This document shows, piece after piece, positions 50,625 to 55,972 of a stretch of 55,972 bases of DNA. The stretch lies in assembly GCF_006345805.1 (NCBI RefSeq), contig NW_021833958.1, forward strand, positions 1 to 55,972. The letters are read 5' to 3'. A program made the position numbers and the translations under genes. Each line of letters opens with the position of its first letter. Within the stretch, counting starts at the first letter, position 1. This stretch comes from Octopus sinensis. Its lineage: Eukaryota. A model generated the notes under the pieces. It did no database searches. It was given only the letters and a program-made list of their open reading frames with translations, and was not told the origin of the DNA.

Positions 50625-50940
50625 TTTGAGGCCTCCGTTAGATTTGGAGACATTCTGGTGTACATTGCATTGAAATGTGGGCTCAAATCTCATTTGCGTT
50701 CCCATGGAAAACGAATCTCCAACAGCTGTTCTGCCTCTATGCCTGTGCACACATTTCCATGCAATGTACACCAGAATGTCTGCAAATCTTACGGAGGCTT
50801 CAAAAGACATTTTAAGATCCACAAAGATCAGAACTTATCTGCAGCTCTTGGTGGTCCACAAGGAATATGCAATCTATGTAGGTTTCTTTTCAAAATATTG
50901 GCTGGGTTAAAAAGCCACATGAGATACCATGATGGTTCTG
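50620..50940 (+). other. Degenerate C2H2-like zinc-finger repeats, probably TE-derived
   Basis: CGLKSHLRSH, CNVHQNVCKSYGGFKRHFKIH, CNLCRFLFKILAGLKSHMRYH; no clear start or splice context. Confidence 0.45.
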
Positions 50941-51359
50941 AGGTGTATGTACAGGAGGCGGTCCAAAATCGAATAGCTTTCCTGTCGAAACAATCGACTG
51001 TTTCTGAAAGAGACAAGGCTTCTTCTTCATGTTGGATTGACATGTTGAATGTGATAGTGGAGTCGGGTGGAAGTTGGTGCGGAAATACAAAGGATGTTGG
51101 TAAGACTGTAAGAAACTAACGAATAACTTAGAATTCGAAATTAGCCGAAAATTAAATTGTAACAGATACAAGGATTATATTCGCACATATGACGTGAACA
51201 CACGTCTGTATAAATACGTTCATACTAGAATGTATTTATCTATTTCTTCACTTACGTGGTTATCCATTTTTATATGTGGAGGGTGAGTTGCATTCTAAAC
51301 GGCTCCTTCTCTGCAATTTCAACATCACAGTGTATTTTTGCATGTGTATCATAACATAT

Positions 51360-51470
51360 ACTCTTTTACTCTTTTACTTGTTTCAGTCATTTGACCGCGG
51401 CCATGCTGGAGCACCGCCTTCAGTCGAGCAAATCGACCCCAGCACTTGTTCTTTGTAAGCCTAGTACTTA
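51360..51470 (-). mobile_element. SINE family 1 (3' tail only)
   Basis: ctcttttactcttttacttgtttcagtcatttgaccgcggccatgctggagcaccgcc. Confidence 0.8.
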
Positions 51471-51904
51471 TGCACGTATGGACACTGCCATTTGAATCGC
51501 CCGCCAAATCACCGCATAATCACGATATGTTTAAAATAAGCACCGCAGTGAATAAAATAACGAATTATATGTATGTATGTACGGCGCTCGTATATGTAAG
51601 TATATATTTTGCTGTGCATATATATATATCTGCATTTATGTACCCTTGATATATTCAATTGATGACGGTAAAGCTTATTTAAAGCAGAACCAGAAATCCT
51701 TGGATCTTGAATTATTCAATAATTTTTGCTTGTATGTTTTGTCCCTCCGCTTTACCTCATGGTGCGATATGAACATTTAACGTGGTACTATAGTCAGTGT
51801 TTCGACTGCTATTTCGGCATGTTGGTGTCTTTTAGACACCCTCATTTTTAATTGTTAATTTTTATATATATATATAATATATATATATATATATAAAATA
51901 ATAT

Positions 51905-52090
51905 GTGACAATTACTCAATAGTCAAGATAAAACTCTGAGTTTCAGATGCCGAAGTGGAAATCCACAACACCATCTCTCCTGTTATCTGGCCATCTGAAA
52001 AACGCTATGAAAAAATACCATTATATATGAGGATTTCCACTTCGGCATTTGAAACTCAGAGTTTTATCTTGACTATTGAGTAATTGTAAC
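51905..52090. repeat. 60-bp inverted repeat (51905-51964 / 52031-52090)
   Basis: gtgacaattactcaatagtcaagataaaactctgagtttcagatgccgaagtggaaatcc matches the reverse complement of 52031-52090 with about two mismatches. The right flank (52085-52165) recurs inverted at ~55290-55378. Confidence 0.85.
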
Positions 52091-52164
52091 ATTTATTTAT
52101 AGATACATTTCCTCTATTGCATAATATTGAGGTCTCTTTCTTTGTTATCTTACCGTTTTTACCA

Positions 52165-52196
<32 letters not shown>

Positions 52197-52535
52197 TAAT
52201 ATATATATATATATATATACATAAACCACACACATATATATATATATATATAATATATATATATTATATATATATATACATAAATACATATATACATATA
52301 TATCTGTCTACCTGTCTGCATTTGATTGTATGTGGAAATATATATAGTGAGAATTCACGGAAAAAACAAAAGACAAGACAGGTGTGTAGAAACCATACAG
52401 ATATATTAGTATCACGCTCGGGAAATTGAACAGGTCGTTTACCTTTCGAGCCTACGCTCTTCCACAGATAGGAACACAGAAAGAAACAAGGAGAGAAAGA
52501 AAATGTGTTGTGGCTGGCAATGCAAACATCTCAAA

Positions 52536-53077
52536 TCATGTACAATATTATTATAGGAAGAAATTTAATATCTTACAGCTGTTTCTGGGATATCATCAAG
52601 AATGGGATATTCCGTCATCAAAGACAAATAGGGGTAAAAGTTATGGAAGATGAGAACAGTAATATATTAAGGAGATGGAAAGAGAGAAGAAAACTGAAAC
52701 AGTTCATCTTACCGAAGTTATAGAAGCCGGAGCATAAGTCCTGAGGTTCAATCCTTCATAGATCCTTGGGATTGCACCTAACTACCTACGCTCATGGATC
52801 GTCGCAGAATTGCATCTAAGGACTCATGCTTTCGCTTCTATAACCACGGAAAGGTCAACTATAAAGTTTTATGCTTCTTTTTTCCTCTCTCATTCCATCT
52901 CTTTATTCTTTTCCTCAATTCCTCTATATTATAATGTAATTAACAGATACCATTCTCATTTTCAATATCCACCCCCCCCCCTATTTGTCTGCGATGACGG
53001 AATATACCGTACTCGCGGATATCCCAGAAACAGCTGTAAGATTTTGAATTCCTTCCGTTAATAATATTGTATATGAC
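52536..53077. repeat. Diverged inverted repeat pair (52536-52742 / 52819-53077), Penelope-type terminal repeats
   Basis: Arms are reverse-complement homologues with indels; both carry the hammerhead region, and the right copy has a broken core (gcGATGA). Confidence 0.8.
52567..52628 (-). ncRNA. Type-I hammerhead ribozyme, U3 variant, palindromic stem III
   Basis: tttgtct-TTGATGA-cggaatatc...gatatccca-GAA-ACagctGT-A-agatatt; ACAGCTGT is self-complementary; GUA triplet. Confidence 0.65.
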
Positions 53078-53300
53078 TCGAGATGTTTGCCTTGCCTTAA
53101 TGTTTGACGACCTGTTTAACAATTATATACTCGCTGCATTTATCCCCCACTTATGCGTACTTTGTATACATAGTAATACACAATGATGCTCGCATATATA
53201 TCCACACATATACATATATCCATTTATATACATACCTATATATATATATATATGCGCATACAATTCAAATGCAGACAGAATTGCATGTATCTATGCATAA

Positions 53301-53351
<51 letters not shown>

Positions 53352-53769
53352 ATATTATATATATGTGTGTGTCTATATATGTATATATATTAAGAGGTAT
53401 GTATACATGTATATAAATATATGATATATATTTATATACATGTATATAAACATAAAAATATATACGTATACCACACAACACACAAACCTAAGCGCACGTA
53501 TGTATGTATAATATTGCTAAAGACGACGGTGGTGATGATGGTGATGATTGCTTAACACTACATGACAGTATTGTCCCACCCATTTAGCATTGAAATTCTG
53601 ATGCATTGTAGTCGGTGCGTCGCACAAAACATCGTTAAAATAGGTCAGAGAGGTCAATCACGTCAGGTGAAAAACAACTTACTTAGTTTATCAAAATATT
53701 TCACTCAATTCTCTCTCCCTCCCACTTTCTCTCTCGCTCACAAAAAATGCATTATTCAACTGTTGTAAA

Positions 53770-55270
53770 GTGTTTGGACATATATATATACATAAAGGGG
53801 GAAGTAGAGCAAATGCCAAAAACTATAGGCCTATCTCTCTGACTTCACACGTCAGCAAAGTCATGGAAAGGATAGTCAGAAAGAAACTAATCGCATTCCT
53901 TGAGGAAAATAACTTGCTGAGTAATGCCCAGCATGGTTTTCGACCAGGTAGGAGCTGCCTGACCCAGCTCTTACAGCATTATGACTGCGTGTTGAGGCAG
54001 TTACTCAACAAATCAAATGTGGACGTAATCTACCTTGATTTTGCAAAAGCTTTTGACAAGGTGGATCATGGTATGATATGCCAAACTACGTGACCTCGCA
54101 TAGCTGGAAAACTGGAGTGTGGTTGCATGACTTCCTGAAAGATAGGAGTCAGGCAGTAGTGGTTAATGGAGCCACCTCTATGAACACACAAATAGTGAGC
54201 GGTGTTCCACAGGGTACTGTCTTGGGACCACTGCTTTTTATAGTGGCCCTCTCAGATATGCCCTCAAATGCCCGGATAGCCACTCTGGCCAGCTATGTAG
54301 ATGATACGAAAGTCTCGCAGAAAATACAGAACCCCAGCGATGTTGCACACCTGCAGCAGGGGTTGGACTCAATCTACAGATGGGCTGAGGATAATAATAT
54401 GCAGTTTAATGCTGAAAAATTCAAGGCCTTGCGCTACCAGCATCCAAAACTGAATATTAAACTTACAGGATACACCGGTCAACAGGGAATTTCAATCCCA
54501 GAGCCTAAGTCTGTGAGGGACCTGGGTATCGACATGAGTGATGATATCTCTTTCCAAGTGCACATTACCAGGATGGCGACAAAGTGCAGACGACTGGCTG
54601 GCTGGATCCTAAGATCATTCAGAACCAGAGATAAGGAAACCATGATGGTCCTCTGGCGGACATTCGTCCTCAGTTGCCTGGATTACTGCTCACAGCTATG
54701 GTCACCCACCAGTGTAAAATTAACAGCAGACCTTGAAGCAATCTAGAGAAGAGTCACAAAGAAGATCGTCTCTTTGCAACAGCTCAGCTACTAGGAAAGG
54801 TTGAAACAGCTAAGACTCTACTCCCTGGAGAGAAGACGGGAGAGGTATGCAGTAATATATGTCTGGAAGATCCTGGAAGGAATTGTACCAAATTTTGGCA
54901 TTGTAAGCTACACCAATGCTAGAACGGGACGACACTGCATAGTGCCAAAGATCCCAGCAATGCCATCACGCTTCAGGACCAGCTTCTGCAACAGCCTCGG
55001 TTTCAAGGGCCCACAGCTTTTTAATATTCTCCCAAAGAGTCTGAGGAAATTGCACAAAGTAGATGTAGCGGTTTTTAAATCAAAACTGGACATCTTCCTG
55101 TCAAGAGTCTCAGATGAACCTATCTCACAGCAAGAGGTGCAAATGAGAGTAGCTGTATCAAACTCCATTCTTCACCAAGTGCCACATATTAGACGAGGTT
55201 CGTCGCAATAACAGTGTAGCACAAAACGGCGGTGCCTCAGCATGGCCGCAGCTCTGAGCTGAAACTAGAA
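53770..55270 (+). mobile_element. 5'-truncated CR1-clade LINE with intact 3' tail
   Basis: NYRPISLTS, QHGFRPGRSCLTQLL, YLDFAKAFDKVDH, GVPQGTVLGPLLF, YVDDTK; one frameshift and stops; tail ggcggtgcctcagcatggccgcagctctgagctgaaactag + A-run. Confidence 0.92.
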
Positions 55271-55374
55271 AAAAAATATATATATATATATTGGTAAAAC
55301 GGTAAGATAACAAAAGAAAGAAAGAGACCTCAATATTATGTAAATAGAGGAAATTTATCTATAAAATAATATGT

Positions 55375-55972
55375 TACATCTACTTTGTGCAATAGGACAG
55401 CACTCTACACCATATGAGATGTCATCGTGTGTACCACAGGGATCTGTCCTTGGTCCCCTCCTGTTTGTGGCATACATTAATGACATAGATGCCAATTTAA
55501 AGAATGCCACAGTATTGAAATATGCAGACGACATCAAGCTGTACCTTGAAATCAAGAGGACTGATCCTGATGTCTACAACTCTTTCCTGCAATCAGACCT
55601 AGACACATTGCAGCAATGGATCACAGACTGGCACCTGAAACTGGCTGTGGACAAGTGTACCACCATGCATTTTGGGAGAAAAAACCCTGCGTCCACATAC
55701 TCCCTCCACACACTGATATCAAGAAATCCTCTTGCGAGCGTGACCTAGGCATCACTGTCAGCAGTGATTTGCGTTGGACAAAGCATATCTCTAAATTGTC
55801 AAGAAGGCCGAGGGTGTCTTGGCATCACTCAGCAAAACTTTGTTAGCCGCTCTCCAGCCATCTATTTAAAACTGTATACAGCATGGTACGACCACACTTG
55901 GAATTCGCATCATCAGTTTGGAATCCCTATCTTGCTCAGAACATTGACCTCCTGGAATCTGTCCAGAGACGT
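55375..55972 (+). mobile_element. Second CR1-clade RT fragment, running off the window end
   Basis: VPQGSVLGPLLFVAYINDI, KYADDIKLY, KCTTMHFG, ERDLGI. Confidence 0.88.

Noticed and set aside
52420-52472. gagc-gtag-gctc-gaaa hairpin (minus strand; relative at 49868-49900 plus)
   Set aside because: Core deviates (CTGTGGA/CTGTCGA) and the cleavage position is G or missing; at most a decayed motif.
1-55972. CRISPR arrays, rRNA or prokaryotic operons
   Set aside because: No repeat-spacer arrays or rRNA-like sequence; the window is clearly eukaryotic and intron-rich.

Overview
Repeat-dense eukaryotic genomic DNA. The SINE, LINE and microsatellite content resembles Octopus (inference from recognised repeat families). 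The only host gene I can support is a minus-strand extracellular leucine-rich-repeat (LRR) gene, largely missed by the ORF track. It has a signal peptide + LRRNT exon (23104-22923) followed by ten intact 72-nt, phase-2/phase-2 single-LRR exons (21394 down to 2064), and it appears to continue off the left end. The array was built by duplication of exon+intron modules in a roughly A-B-C period. It includes a dead LRR exon next to a mariner remnant and a 365-nt block that is ~99% identical between two modules whose exons differ by ~18%. The rest is transposon debris: Dong/R4-type RLE LINEs, L1/Tx1, CR1, RTE, Penelope, Tc1/mariner and several SINE families. Between 37 and 53 kb there are several minimal type-I hammerhead ribozyme motifs, mostly in outward-facing inverted repeats typical of Penelope-like elements. 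All alignments, folds and counts were done by eye; repeat boundaries are approximate.
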